DNA from: Cycas panzhihuaensis
Lineage: Eukaryota; Plantae; Cycadophyta
Assembly (NCBI GenBank): GCA_023213395.1
Contig: CM041465.1
Span: 153,085,741-153,149,740, forward strand
Length of the DNA: 64,000 nucleotides
Direction of reading: 5' to 3'
Shown here: piece after piece, positions 28,523-43,901 of the stretch
How positions within the stretch are numbered: the stretch's first letter is position 1
How the letters are laid out: each line of letters opens with the position of its first letter
Notes under the pieces: generated by a model
Told to the model about the DNA's origin: nothing
Databases searched by the model: none
Seen by the model: only the letters and a program-made list of their open reading frames with translations
Made by a program: the position numbers and the translations under genes

Positions 28523-28820
28523 TGAAAAGGGTTAATGACATAAGGTCATTACATTAGTTGATTATTTCGAAAAAGGGTCTTAAGTGAACTTTAAATTAGA
28601 TCACTTAAGTGAAATGCACTTTCATGTGCATTATGTGTAATTTCATTTCACCTAACTCAAATGCTCCCTCTCTCAATATAAAAGTAAAGCTCAATGGAGG
28701 AGATTCATTCTTTACCTCCCCATTTTGTGAGAGCTACTTTCTTTCTCTCAAGTCTCTCTTGCTCCCATGTTTGCCTTTGTGTTTAGTGCATGGAGATGAA
28801 GGATAGATCCACTCTTTTCA
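28523..28820 (+). repeat. 3' LTR (298 bp)
   Basis: Direct repeat of 21273-21570. Confidence 0.97.
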
Positions 28821-29681
28821 AATTATTCTCACCAATGCTAGCTTCTTCATCCCATAAGTAATTAATAATAAAGCTAACTATCTATAGTGATTGGAGCTCT
28901 TACTGATGTTCTTAACTTTCATAATGGACCTACCACTATATTTTTAGAATCTCAAATCATAGTTTACCAACTCATTTATTTTTATCAAGCTCGTTTGAGC
29001 CATTTTCATTCTTTACTTGATGATGTTACTATCCTATTAATATAATTTTTTACTGTTACAACTTAACATATTCTATGAACCTAAAATATCAAAGTTGACT
29101 TCCTTGTCCCCCACATAATTAAATGCCATCATTTATAGCCTAGTTTAGAAGGGTTCTATTTTTTGTTTATAAGTCAAAGTAACCTTTCCATTCTCCCCTT
29201 GATTTGTACTTAAGGATTTCTTATCTTCGTAATGAGAATAAACTACAGCTCTAAAAACCTATCTACTAACGAGTATAAACTATGTTAGTCAAATCCTTTG
29301 CTAGTAATAGATGCCTCACTCTGAAACAAGTATACACTAATGTAAAAAACCTCATTATCAAGTATCCACAAAAGTATCAAAAAATAAAATAACATACTCA
29401 AAAAGATAAAATCAAAGGGATATATACAACTACCATACATCCACATATGGCATGACCATCACCGAAAGAGAAACATGTAACTTTACACTGCCAATTAACT
29501 CTCATTATATTAGGAGACATATGGAGGTGTGTGTAGGGGGGGCGGGGGGGTGTGCTAATGAAGGTTAAGAGTCATGGAATCACAATAACAACATAATATA
29601 TATCATATATTATGAGAAATAATTTATACATAAGAAAAAATATGCATCATACATGAATCATATGATACATCGTAATACATC

Positions 29682-32039
<2,358 letters not shown>

Positions 32040-32579
32040 CTGGCCCCTTGGCAATAGAACCTTGTCGCTCTAGAGCATTGAATGATGATGAAAGCTGCCA
32101 ATACACACATCATCAATACCAGTGATAACTACTAGGCAAGTTTGTAGGTAACCAAAGGGGGCTATAGGTGCTACAAGGGATGTATGGATAGGAGGACATA
32201 TGCTGGGGGAGGAGACAGACTCATGGTTCAATCAAACCTCTAAGTGTGGGACCCTAGACCTAAAGCACATGCCATAGAAGATAAAGAAAAGGGGTGACCT
32301 AAGGGGAATTCCCTTTAGTGGCACCCCTAAATGGGCAACATGACCCTAGAAAATATGATGGGTTTGAAGCCCAAAGAGGAAACTAGGGAGGATTAAGGGA
32401 TGCTTCATCACTCTAAGATAAAGTATAACTCAAATAAAGAAGGGTTTTGGTCACCATAGTTTAGCCTTATTAGTGGATACCATTTAGAGTTAAAGAAGGA
32501 GTAGAGGTTGGGGGAGAGGTCACTATTGAAGGGTTTCTAAGAGGTGACCTATCAAGCCTACAAGGAGCCATCTAGGAGC

Positions 32580-33055
32580 TAGAGACGACACTCAAGAACA
32601 AGGCAAACTAGATTATCAGCCTTGGCATCCTAATCACAAGGGATGTATTAAATATTAATTGAGGAGAAGTAAGATAGAAGAGACCTAGAAGTTGAAGTGA
32701 GGGATCTCAGGTAAGGGTAGAGGACCTAATAGGTTTGGGTCAACTGGGATACTATGATCTGAGAATCACAATGCAGGATGATAGGACCATGATGGAAGCA
32801 AAGTGCATTAGGTAAGGCTTCTATAACAACTATATACTCCACTTCGTTGTTCATTGCCTCAGGCAAATAAATCTTAGAATATATGAAATCATACCCAGAG
32901 GGATCACAAATGATCCAAGCTATGGTAGAAGGTCCCAAGTTACCACGATTACCACTATCCATGAAGATGAGTAGTGCCATGGCTAGGGAAATAACAAGGA
33001 ACTTAATGAAAAGAAGGGAGATGTTGGATGAAGGACAATAAGTCTTGACAATCAT
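32580..33055 (-). pseudogene. Archaeal-type RNase HI (aRH) of A3, stand-alone
   Basis: FMDSGNRGNLGPSTIAW...AMNNEVEY...HCDSQIIVSQL, then past stops IPCD*DAKADNL. The D-E-D-D residues are recognisable. Confidence 0.88.
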
Positions 33056-35187
33056 AATTACTCAAAAGGCTAATCAAGAGAGGATAGGAGAGACCTATAG
33101 CTAGGTTGTTAAGCTCATAGAGGGCCTACCCTATGTAAAGGAAGGAACAAAGGTGAGAACATACTCAATGTCAAGGATCTAAGGTTGGTTTAGGGCCAAC
33201 CAAGGGCTTGAACTAGATATTGGATCTAATTGGGAGCAAAATAGACCAAAACATATGTAAAAAATAGAGTCAACTCACCAAAATGAGTCCATAAAGTATA
33301 AACATAGATAGTGTTTTCAATGATATAAAATGAGGTAAAAAGGACTCCTGAAGGACACAAAGGGGTGCTATAAATGCTAGAAAAGTTGAGAAAAGGAGGC
33401 ATCCAAGAGCCTGAAAGGGTAGGGACCCTAAAGAGAACAATGATGAGCCCAAGGAGGCAGTCCTAATGACTCCATCAGAATGGAAAAAGGCTATGAGGCT
33501 TCAAGGAGTCTTGCAAATAAAAGAGGAGAACAGGGTAAAAATGGAATTCATTTTCATGCTCCCTCATATAATTTGGAGAGAAAACTACTTGCTACCCTCA
33601 ACTTATCACCCCAAGATGAGCTTGGTGGAGGAGATCCAACTATTAGATTATTACTCATAGGAAGCCATTAAGACCACAACTTAGTGATGGCAATAATTGG
33701 GCCAGACCTGGTACTCAAATTTTAACCATGATTCACTTATTACATCTTTTCATTAGTGTCTTTTATCTGTTGGGTAGTGCCTATTAGGGATGCTATGTGT
33801 CCTGATGGGACCTAATTGAGGGCCTGTAAGAGGCTAGACCAGGGCTTTAGGAGGCCCTAGTACCAATGGATAAAGTGTTATCCATTCTTATTTATATTTT
33901 ATCTTTTCTATTTTTAGCAGGGGAATCTATGGTACAACAATTATCCATGTGGGGTATAGGGAGTACCTACAGGGCCCACTAATTTATTTACAGTGCCATA
34001 AATATATTAGCAAGGTGGAGATAGATATAAGGAATATATGAAAATTTTTATATTTAATCAAAATTTGATGACTGTTATGTTGACTAGGAGTGCCCTTGGC
34101 CCTGTAGAGAGGTAAGTAACTGATTGATAATATTTGTTGGTGATTTTTAGCATGTCACCATAGTGGAAAACCATAAGAACATCAATTCATCAATGATAAG
34201 GTTTGTAGAGTTTATGGATCACCGTGATAAGGCAACATTGAGATGATGTGGCCTACTCAAGATAGTTTATACACTATAGTATGCCTCAAACTAGACACTT
34301 TTAGTTAATATCATCTTAAATTGGGATCAACAGAGGTATGTGTTCCATCTCCCACTGGTAGGAGACATTACCATCCCTCTAACGAATGTCTGGAGGATCA
34401 TGGAGGTGCCTGCTAGCAGAGTAATAGTGGTGTTGGGCACTTTGCCTAGCATGCATGCTGCACATAGAGAGGCAGCCAGATACTTTTATAATAGGGGTTG
34501 ATGGGACTGGAGGGGGCTATCGTTGAGGACCATAGTGATATTTAGGATTCCTCATGTGAGGAAGATGATTATCTTTGTTATTCTATTCTGAATTTCCTAA
34601 AAATAGGACTATAGTGATGTGTAGAGGATGGATGGATATCATCAAATGATGCAAGGTAGAAGAGAGGTTTGGCTGGGCTACTTTGATAGTGGCCAATCTC
34701 ACGCCTAATCTTGACTAGATTCAGGCAACAAGACAAGGAAGACTCTCATATAACTCCCTACTCTAGTGTTAGTTCTTTAATCATTTTTTAGGAGTGGTAC
34801 TAATGATAGGGCTATAACCCATACTAGTTGGTGCTCCTCTCATTCATTGATGGCCATCATGTTTCAGGGGCATCAGAGAGCCAGCTCAGGTTAAAAGATC
34901 TGTAGCAGCTATATCATTAGACTTGCTCATGGTAAATGACTATGTGAGCCAACCATGTCACATCATGCATTAGGACAATGATGTAAAGGAGGGAGAGGCT
35001 GCAGGGGTCATGATAGTGGAGTCGGGAGAGGAGAAGGATCAAAGAGCTACTACTACTAATTTAGAGGTAGAGGCAACATTGGCAATTATAAGAGAGGCAA
35101 CTATAACTACAACAGGAGCAGAGATCCTCAAAGCGAAGGAGGCAGAGGCTAAGGAGGCACCAACTGCTCTAGGAGGTGAGGAGCTAG

Positions 35188-35833
35188 TGTTGAGAATACA
35201 AGGTCCCAAACCTTAAACTGCCATAAGATCTGAACTATTTTGCAACTAGTTACAGGAATTGAAACTAAGATTTAACATGCAAGTTCTAAAATTAAAGATA
35301 ATATAATAACATTAATATAAAAGCCAAATATCACATATACACTTGATATAACGTGGTAAAACCCTAGTAGTGTGCTAGGGAAACATCTACATAGAAAAGT
35401 TATCAATCTTTATTGTTGTAAAATGGAGAAAAAAGTACATCTCAATAGTAGAGTGCTCTCAGGAACAATAACTAACCTCTACCCTCATCACATTACACTA
35501 CATTTCATACAACATAATAAGAAAAGCCCTAAATCAGGCTACATGAGAGGGACATCCAAGGCATAAATCTTAACCATAGAATCTAGGGTATTTGTATCAA
35601 ATAACCCTGATTCTCTTTACATTTTAATATGGTTTACAGGGCTAATTTTTCAGGTCGGGGGCTATTGCCCCTAAACCCCCTCTTAATGGGGGGTGTTCCA
35701 CTCCCCCTACACCCCTCGGCCAAGGGGGGCTCCTGCCCCCCTTAGAACCCCCCAAGAAAGATTTGGGGGAGAAACTGCATTGATAACATGCCAAAATTTT
35801 AGCCTTAAACAATTATTGTCACAATATCCAACA
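35188..35833 (-). repeat. 3' LTR (646 bp)
   Basis: Diverged direct repeat of 39879-40511, roughly 85-90% by eye. Confidence 0.93.
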
Positions 35834-35859
35834 ATCTCCACCTTGATAACAATTTACCC

Positions 35860-38800
35860 AGTACCTTTCCTAGACCCTTCATCATCTTTTCTGCAAGCCA
35901 AGAGAAGTCAAACACCATTTGAACTTCTCTAATGGTACTGGTTTTGTAAACATATCAACACAATTATGATTTGTGTGAATCTTCTCAAGTGCCACTTCAC
36001 CTGCTTCCATAACCTATCTAACAAAATGGTACTTAAGACTAATATGCTTTGTTCTGCTGTGATAAGTTGGATTCTTGGCTAAGTAAATGGTACTTTGACT
36101 ATCACAAAATACCTTTATATTTTCTTGTCTCCTTCCAAGCTCAACCAATAGACCCTATAACCAGATTGCTTCTTTACAAGCATGTGCTACAATAACATAT
36201 TCAACTTCTGTGGTTGACAGTGCAATTGTGCTCTACAATTTAGACATCCAACTAATTAGACCATTTGCAAGAGTGAAAACATAACCTCAAGTAGACCTTC
36301 TTTTGTCTAAATCTCCTACAAAGTTTGAATCGACGTATCCACAAACCTAATTATCTGTACCTCCAAAGGTGATGTAGTAGTCACTTTTACCTCTCAAATA
36401 TTGAAGCATCCATTTCACTGCAGCCCAATGTTCCTTTCTTGGATTTGCCATAAACCTACTAACTACATTGACTGCATGTGAAATATCAGATCTTATACAT
36501 ACCATGACATACATCAAACTTCCTACTACACTGGCATAAGACACACAAGATATATAAACCTTTTCTTCTTTACTACTAGGACTCATATTCAAAGAAAGCT
36601 TGAAGTGGGAAGCCAATGGGATACTCACTAGTTTCACATTTGCCATACCAAACCTGGTTAGCACCTTCTCTACATATTTCTACTGTGATAACCATATCTT
36701 ACCATTTTTCCAGTCTCTGTGTATCTCCATGCCTAAGATTTATTTTGCAGCTCCTAGATCCTTCATAGTAAAAGTCCTAGCCAATTGAGCCTTTAGCTTA
36801 CTGATTTCTTCCATGCTCTTACTTGCAACCAGCATGTCATCAACATATAATACTAAGATAATGAATAAGCCATTGTCCATAAATTTAAAGTAAACACGAT
36901 GATCATACTCACTTCTTTTGAAATTTTAGCTCTCCATGAAGGCATCAAACTTCTTGTACCACTACCTGGGTGATTGCTTCAGGCCATATAATTATTTTCC
37001 TGAGCTTACAACTAAGTCTTTTCTTGCCATCTTGTACAAACCCTTCTGGTTGATCCATATATCTCCTCATCTAAATCTCCATGTAGAAATGTTATTTTTA
37101 CATCTAACTGCTCCAACTCCAAATTGAGAGGAGCTACCAATGCTAACAGTACTTGAATTGAAACAAGTTTGACAACTGGTGAAAAGATCTCATGAAATTC
37201 AATACCTGCTTTCTGTGTAAAACCTTTAGCCACCAGTCTTGCCCTATATTTATCAACCTTTCCATTAACATCTATTTTTCTTTTGAAAACCCACCTACAA
37301 CTAACAGTCTTCCTACCATGTGGAAGTTCTACCAAGTCCCATGAATTATTTTTATTTAGAGCACATATCTCTTCCTGCATAGCCTTTTTCTACTTCTCAC
37401 TGTGGATATCATCTACTGCTTCTTAATAACATGTAGGCTCATCATCATTAGAAACCAAAGCAATAGAAGTAGATGGGTTGTACCTGTCAGGTGGATGACT
37501 CACTCATGTAGATCTTCTAACTGTTGGCAGAGGAGTGTCTACATACTCCTGTAAATCTATTGTAGATTCATCTTCAGAAAGATCTTCCTGCTCTTCTAAT
37601 TCCAAAGATGGATGGGTTTCAAACTTGACCTGTTGATGTTCATCTTTCTACTCCCGTTTCACTTCAACTTCTACACTGTCTAATTTAGAAAGGGAGATTC
37701 ATCAAATACAACATCTTTATTAATGGTGATTTTGTGGGCAGTAGGATCCCACAACCTTTATCCCTTCACATCATCTTTATCACCATAACTAACAAAGATA
37801 CATTTCTTTAATTTTGGGTCTAACTTTGAACATGTACTTTTATCAGTCCAGGCATAAGCATCACAACCAAAAACTCTCAAATTTAAATAATCACATGGAT
37901 GTCTAGTCCATACCTCTTCAAGAATCTTGCAATCTATTGCAAGTGATGGTGATATGTTCACTATATAGCATGTTGTTTGAATAGCTTCTGCCTACAAGAC
38001 CTACTCCACTCTAGCATTACCTAGCATGCTTCTTACTCTTTCCAAGAGTATCATATTCATGCACTCAGCAATGCCATTTTACTATGGAGTATAGCTAATG
38101 GTCTTATGTCTTTCGATCCTAGTTTCTCTGTAATAGTTCTTAAACTCCAAAGAGTTGAACTCACCTCCATTGTTAGTTCTTAAACATTTGATTGTCTTAC
38201 CAGTACTATTCTCAACTAAAGCCTTAAACTGCTTAAATACATTGAAAACTTCTGATTTCCCTTTCAAAAAATAGACCTATACCTTTCTGGAGTAATCATC
38301 TATAAATGTGATAAAGTACAATGATCCTCCACAAGATATTTTAGGGGCTAGTCCCCACACATCTGAATGTATATAATCCAAAATGCCTTTACTAGTGTGA
38401 CTCCCTACTTTAAACCTGAGTCTACAATGTTTTCCAAAAACACAATGTTTACAGAAAGCCAAATCTAAAAGTTGTAAGTCAGGAAGTAACTTATGGTTTA
38501 TCAGCACCTTAAGTCCTCTCTCACTCATGTGCCCAAGTCTCTGATTCCATAACTGAGTTGGATCTTTTGCAGTCTTTGATGCTGTAGCTACTTGGATGAC
38601 ATTTGTACTTCCCACTAAAATGTAAAAATTTCCTTTCTTCAAGGCTTTCATAATAACCAAGGCACCCTTTGACACATTTACGACTCCTTCATGACTTATA
38701 TGCTTATAACCACCCGAATCTAGTTCAACCAAGAAAATTTGATTCCTTTTCAGATTAGGTACGTGCCTAACCTCGGTTAATGTTCTCACTACCCCATCGA

Positions 38801-39805
38801 ACATCTTAATTCTGATGCTACCAATTCCCATTATCTTACAAGAAACTTCATTCCCCATAAGCACATCACCACCATCAAGAGGTTGGTATGATGAGAACCA
38901 GCTCTTGTGTGGACACATGTGGTGCGAAGCATCTGAATCTAATAACTAGTTAGGGGATAATGAGAAACATTACAAGCAACCAAGACATCATCATCCATAC
39001 CTTGATTTGACTCCACCTGATTCATCTCCTTAGCAGGATCTTCCTTTTTCTGGAACTCCTTCCTTTTGTAGTAATCCTTCTTGAGGTGACTGGTCTTATT
39101 ACAGTACCAACATCTGAGTTTACTCTTTTTGCTCTTTGACTTAGACCTCGATGTATCCCTAGGGTTTTTTCCTCTACCAATTGTTCTACCCCTTGCCGTC
39201 ATAGCTTCTGGTGTGGAGGTTTCAAGACTAGATTTACTCCACACTTCTTCTATTAGCAAAGCACTCACAATAGAATCATAATCTAATACATCTATAGTGC
39301 TAAAACTAATTGAGATGACAATATTATCCCAAGATTCATGTAATGAGCATAACAAGGTAACAACCTTGTTCTCATCCTTAATTTTAACATTGATACTAGT
39401 TAACTAATAAATAAGAGTATTGAAAACATTTAAATGGTCAACAATTTTTGTACCTTCCTTCATCTTTAATGAGTACAGTTGCCTCTTCAGGTAGATTCGA
39501 TTTGTTATTGATTTGGTCATATATAGGCCTTCCAACCGGGTCCATAATCTTACTGTTGTCTCCTCCCCTATGATGTTAAACAAGACTTCATCTGCCAAGC
39601 ACAATCGTATTGTGCTAAGTACCTTTTTGCCTAAGTCATCCTATTTATCATTGTCCATCCCTGTGGGTTTCTTTGATTTGCCTGCAAGGGCTTTGTACAA
39701 ACCCTACTGTACAAGAATATCATGTGCGTTTAGCTTCCATAACTCGAAGATGTTCTTGCCATTGAATTTCTCCACCTCAAACTTTGCACTTGCTAGTTTT
39801 ATCAT
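35860..39805 (-). pseudogene. Copia gag-pol with stops
   Basis: gag KFEVEKFNGKN.FELW; zinc knuckle CWYCNKTSHLKKD; PR DSDASHHMCP; INT YIHSDVWG; RT QLDVKITFLHG, YVDDML; RH FCDSQS, RTKHI. Confidence 0.95.
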
Positions 39806-39878
39806 TTGGTGTAGAAAAGACAACACCAAAACCTTCACAAACTCACTGCAAAAAAAAAAAAGTGGGTCTAATACCACT

Positions 39879-40511
39879 TGTTGAGAATACAAGGTCCCAA
39901 ACCTTAAACTGCCACAAGATCTGAACTATTTTTCAACTAGTTACATGAATCGAAACTAAGATTTAACATACAAGTTCTAAAATCAGAGATAATATAATAA
40001 CATCAATATAAAAGCCAAACATCACATATGCACCTAATATAATGTGGTAAAACCCTAGCAGTGTGTTAGGGAAACATCCACATAGGAAAGGTATTGATCT
40101 TTATTGCTATAAAATGGAGAAAATAATATATCTCAGTAGTAGAGTACTCTCAGGAAAACAACCAGTCGTTGCCCTCATCATAGTACATTACATTTCATAC
40201 AACATAATAAGAAAAGCCCTAAATCGAGCTACATAAGAGGGACATCCAAGGCATAAATCTCAACTATAGAATCTAGAGTATTTGTATCAAATGACCCTAA
40301 TTCTCTTTACATTTTAATATAGTTTAGAGGGCTAATTTTTCGGGTCAGGGGATATCGCCCCTGAACCCCCTCTTAGTGGGGGGCATTCCACGTTCCCACT
40401 TTTGCCAAGGGGCTCACCTTATGGAACCCCCTGAGAAAGATTAGGGGGGAAACCGCACTGCTAACATGCTAAAATTTTAGCCTCAAACTATTGTTGTCAT
40501 AATATCCAACA
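39879..40511 (-). repeat. 5' LTR (633 bp)
   Basis: Repeat of 35188-35833 with the PBS adjacent. Confidence 0.93.
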
Positions 40512-42154
40512 GATAGGAGTAGATAAGTTGGGAGCTAAGGAGGTAGTAATTGGACAGGCAATAGTTGGAGAGGTGTTAGCTAATCATGGAGGTGAGTTCT
40601 CTCTTTTTTCCTAGTTATAACTTTCGATTTAGTTATTTGATTTGATATATTTATGATGTTATCATTTATGTTTATGAATTTTATTTATACTCCACACTAA
40701 CACATGGACTTGCATGATTGATAGGTGGAGAGGGCATATGGGAGCTAAGCAGGAGAGCTATAGTCGAGCTCTTCCCATAGGTGTATAAGGAGGAGTAGCC
40801 TCCCATTGTAGGTAGTAGAGAGATAGGCTCAATAGGACCCCACACAGTGGATTTTACCCTTATAGTTTGAGTTAGAGATATATAGCCTGTGGACGCTTAG
40901 GAGAGACAGTTGGAGAGGGATCAACTCTAGATAGAGAGGGACTAGCTACAAGCTTGGGTGTAGGATTTAGAGGACCATGTAAGGGATATAGTGATCCAAG
41001 GAGATTCCAAGGTCAAGAGGAGGATTGTAGTCCTAGAGACTTAGCTAGTGGAGGCATAAGTACACCTATTTAGGGTATATGAGGATCATAATTGACTCTG
41101 AGAGATGTAGGATTGATTAACTGAGGTTATAAAGGAGAGAGATTGGTTATAGTACACTATGAACGATTAGTTAATAAATGGAAGCTAGGTCTTCGTGTAC
41201 CCATACCCACATAACTATGCCATCCTAGACAAGATTGAGGGATGAGGAGATTGAGGTTGGGACCTCACAAAGACACAGGAGGAGCCTCAAAGGAGCGTGG
41301 TCCTTGAGATAGTAGGGTGACCCTAGGGAGACACACCATAAGTAAAACCTATCACATAGACTTTTGTATCATAGTTTTGATGAGAGGAAAGCTTTAGACC
41401 TCCAGGGGGTTTTATACTTTACATATATATGATTATACATCCCCCTTGCAAGGATTCTGGCTTCCTAGGGCACATTGTACTAACACATTTTATATTATCA
41501 TGGATGATTATATATATATAGAGAGATGGGGGACCACATTGGTATCTCATTTTGATACGAGTTATTGATTTACTTTGATGGTTATGGATGTATAAATGCA
41601 TGGTTACATAGATCTTGTTATGTTATTTATTTATTTACATATCCTCTTTTTATAGCATAGCACTCACACTAGGCATACACGATCACCCTGTATACTAGGT
41701 AATCTCCTATGGCTCTAGGGCGAGTGGGTCATATTTTCCTCAAAAGGAAAATAATGATCTAGATATTATAAGAATAAGAATAAGTACGGATACCCCAAAA
41801 GCAGTAAAAGGAGATAAGGTCTATCTTAAGAAGCCCTCTATAGGTGGCAACTTATGCTCATAGGCGAATAGAGTTGCTTCCTAAAGAAGGAACCAAACGT
41901 GAGCATGGAGACGTGCCCCTATAATGACATATTTACCACTACCCATGGGCTAAAGTAAGGGCTTCATTTACTGAGGGGAAATACAACACCTTCAGAAAGA
42001 GGCATAGACATCTTGACAATAAACAGAGTTACTAAAGACTCAAATACATGCCATGCCCCTAGTGAGGGTACTTGGCATTATATTTAAATGGTAGTTTAGG
42101 CTCATTCTAAAGTGAGGGACTAAATTTCTTTACACTTAGAAGGAGAAGTAATAA

Positions 42155-43052
42155 GATATAGAATTTCTTTAGGAACTTATCATTTATGACTTTATCAAAC
42201 TTAAGGCCCTCTAACTTGGCTATCCTATATGCACCATTGTCGAGGCTCTCAAGAATGAAAAAATGACCCATCTATTTGGGGCCAAATTTTTATAGATAGT
42301 TATAGAGATACTCTAGCTTGAGGACTTAGTCCCTAGGATTCAAGGGGCGAGGACATAGATGTTAGTCATACATCCTTTGTGTCCTAGCCTTAGATGTTAG
42401 GTTAGCTTGGTACATGGCCAAGCACCTTTCATCCAAAGCCTTAAGGTTAAGGAGGCAGGCTTAGCGATGTTATTCCTCGTTAACGAACTGTTTAAGGGAT
42501 ATCCTTAAAGAGGGCTTCTAAAGGTAAAACTGCCTCAATTTCATAAACTAAGGAGAAAGGTGTCATCCTTGTGGTAGTACAGATTGAGGTGCAATAGGGC
42601 CGTAGAGCCAAATGAAGTTGAACGTGCTAATCTCTTTGAGATTGGGTGACAATTTTCTTTAGAATATTAATTAGGGTTTTATTGAAAGATTCAATTTGGC
42701 CATTGGCTTAGGGATAATAAAGGGATGAAGTCTTTTAAGAGATCTTGAATTTCTTATAAAGCTCATCCATCTCTTTATTATAGAATTAAGTTCTATTATT
42801 TATGATGATAACATTTGGAACCCCAAATCAATAGATAATGTATTGATATACAAAGGTGGCAATCATCTCACCAGTTATAGAAGATAATAGGATAGCTTTA
42901 GCCCATTTGGTGAAGTACTCTGTCATGGTTAAGATAAATTTGTACTGAACTAAGGAAGGTGGAGTAATAGCTCTAATTAAGTTTAATCCCCATTGGGAGA
43001 AATGTCAGGGGTATATGACAACACACAACACCTCAAAAGGCTAGTGGATAAG
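42155..43052 (-). pseudogene. Integrase core and C-terminus of A3
   Basis: FSQWGLNLI, EYFTKWA, TSSLYYP*ANGQIE, TPFSLVY, KFLKKFY. Homologous to 47000-47900. Confidence 0.88.
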
Positions 43053-43522
43053 TGAAACTCCTTATAAGTACCCTAAATCAAAAGCTTGGGAAAGAACACT
43101 TCTTACAAAAAGAAGATAAATTAAGAAATTTATAAGATAAAAAACTAAACAAAATCTACTATGAATTCTTATTTTTTTATTATTATTATTTTAAAAAGGT
43201 GGCTAATGAAGTAAATCTAAAAGAAAAACCAATTTAATTGAAAGAAAATTACCCATTTAAAGAAAGGATTGAGCGTTACCTCATATTAGTGTTATTGGCT
43301 TCCCAAAATACTCCCAAGTTGAGCTTTCAAATCAGTTGAAGCAAAGGAAGGATCAAAAGAAAGAGGAAAAGAAGATATAACTTAGAATAAAAGAAGGGAA
43401 GAGTGAGGGTGAGAAGAAGCTTGAGAAAAAAGAGAGAATGAAGAGAACTTGATTCAACTTCAAGAGTTGAAATGGTTCAAATTTAGCTCCTTAAAACCTT
43501 TGAATGATCCTCAATAAGAGTT

Positions 43523-43526
<4 letters not shown>

Positions 43527-43560
<34 letters not shown>
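43527..43560. repeat. (AG)17 microsatellite at a junction
   Basis: Direct reading of the sequence. Confidence 0.95.
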
Positions 43561-43562
<2 letters not shown>

Positions 43563-43901
43563 TATGTTATCTCTAGGATCTTTCTTGCTAGGTTAGTGGG
43601 CGAGAGTAGTCCCACAGTATAAGTTGGGAGTGAGGTATAACTGGGCATAATATGTAGTTGATAGTATACATCATCAATTATCTTAGGCTTATCATAATGG
43701 TAAGGGTGGATTATCTTATACATCCATCTTACTATAATGGCTATATGATCACATTCCATTGACCTAGCCAGTAGGAGCATCGAGCAAGTTGACAACTATG
43801 GATCTAATTATGAACTAGTGGTATATGAGAGATTATATATGTGGGGAGGGATGAGAATATATATATTACATAACCCTAAGCTAGATAGGATGACTCATAA
43901 C

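Larger units (their letters stand above)
21273..28820 (+). mobile_element. Young full-length Ty1/copia element
   Basis: TSD AATTA at 21268-21272 and 28821-28825; TGAAAAG...CTTTTCA LTRs; PBS; PPT; gag-PR-INT-RT-RH order. Confidence 0.97.
21190..29130 (+). pseudogene. aRH of B1, split by the copia insertion (21190-21272 + 28826-~29130)
   Basis: IYTNGGSQGNPR..TWVIHD precedes the insertion and INNKANY...ESQIIV follows it. The uninterrupted homologue is at 57150-57575. Confidence 0.75.
17842..29681 (+). mobile_element. Ty3/gypsy Tat-like family B copy B1 (integrase C-terminus to the 3' end of the antisense gene region), interrupted by a LINE and a copia
   Basis: 17842-18314, 20181-21272 and 28826-29681 align continuously to the reverse complement of ~58915-56638. 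Confidence 0.85.
35188..40511 (-). mobile_element. Full-length Ty1/copia element, Tnt1/Tork-like
   Basis: TGTTG...CAACA LTRs at 35188-35833 and 39879-40511; TSD GCTAG/GATAG (1 mismatch); decayed PBS TGGTATTAGACC at 39865-39876; PPT TCAAGGTGGAGAT. Confidence 0.95.
34160..41400 (+). pseudogene. Antisense, intron-containing plant mobile domain (PMD, aminotransferase-like, MAIN/MAIL-type) gene of A3, split by copia 35188-40511
   Basis: The frame from 34160 reads ..LR*CGLL..TLLVNIILNWDQQRYVFHLPLVGDITIPLTNVWRIMEVP, and later FGWATLIVANL. These resemble the PMD motifs ERW...TFHLP.GE.TITLEDV..L..P and Y.WG...LA.L. An acidic tail follows (ORF 35010-35216), then a GT-AG intron at 40592-40724 with a CTAAC branch site. 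Confidence 0.8.

Noticed and set aside
21359-28806. Duplicated 65-aa ORFs at 21359 and 28609 as a gene pair
   Set aside because: They are the two LTR copies.
34160-41400. PMD sequence as a host MAIN/MAIL gene
   Set aside because: It sits between integrase and the 3' LTR, has counterparts in A2 and B2, and is decayed like the surrounding element.
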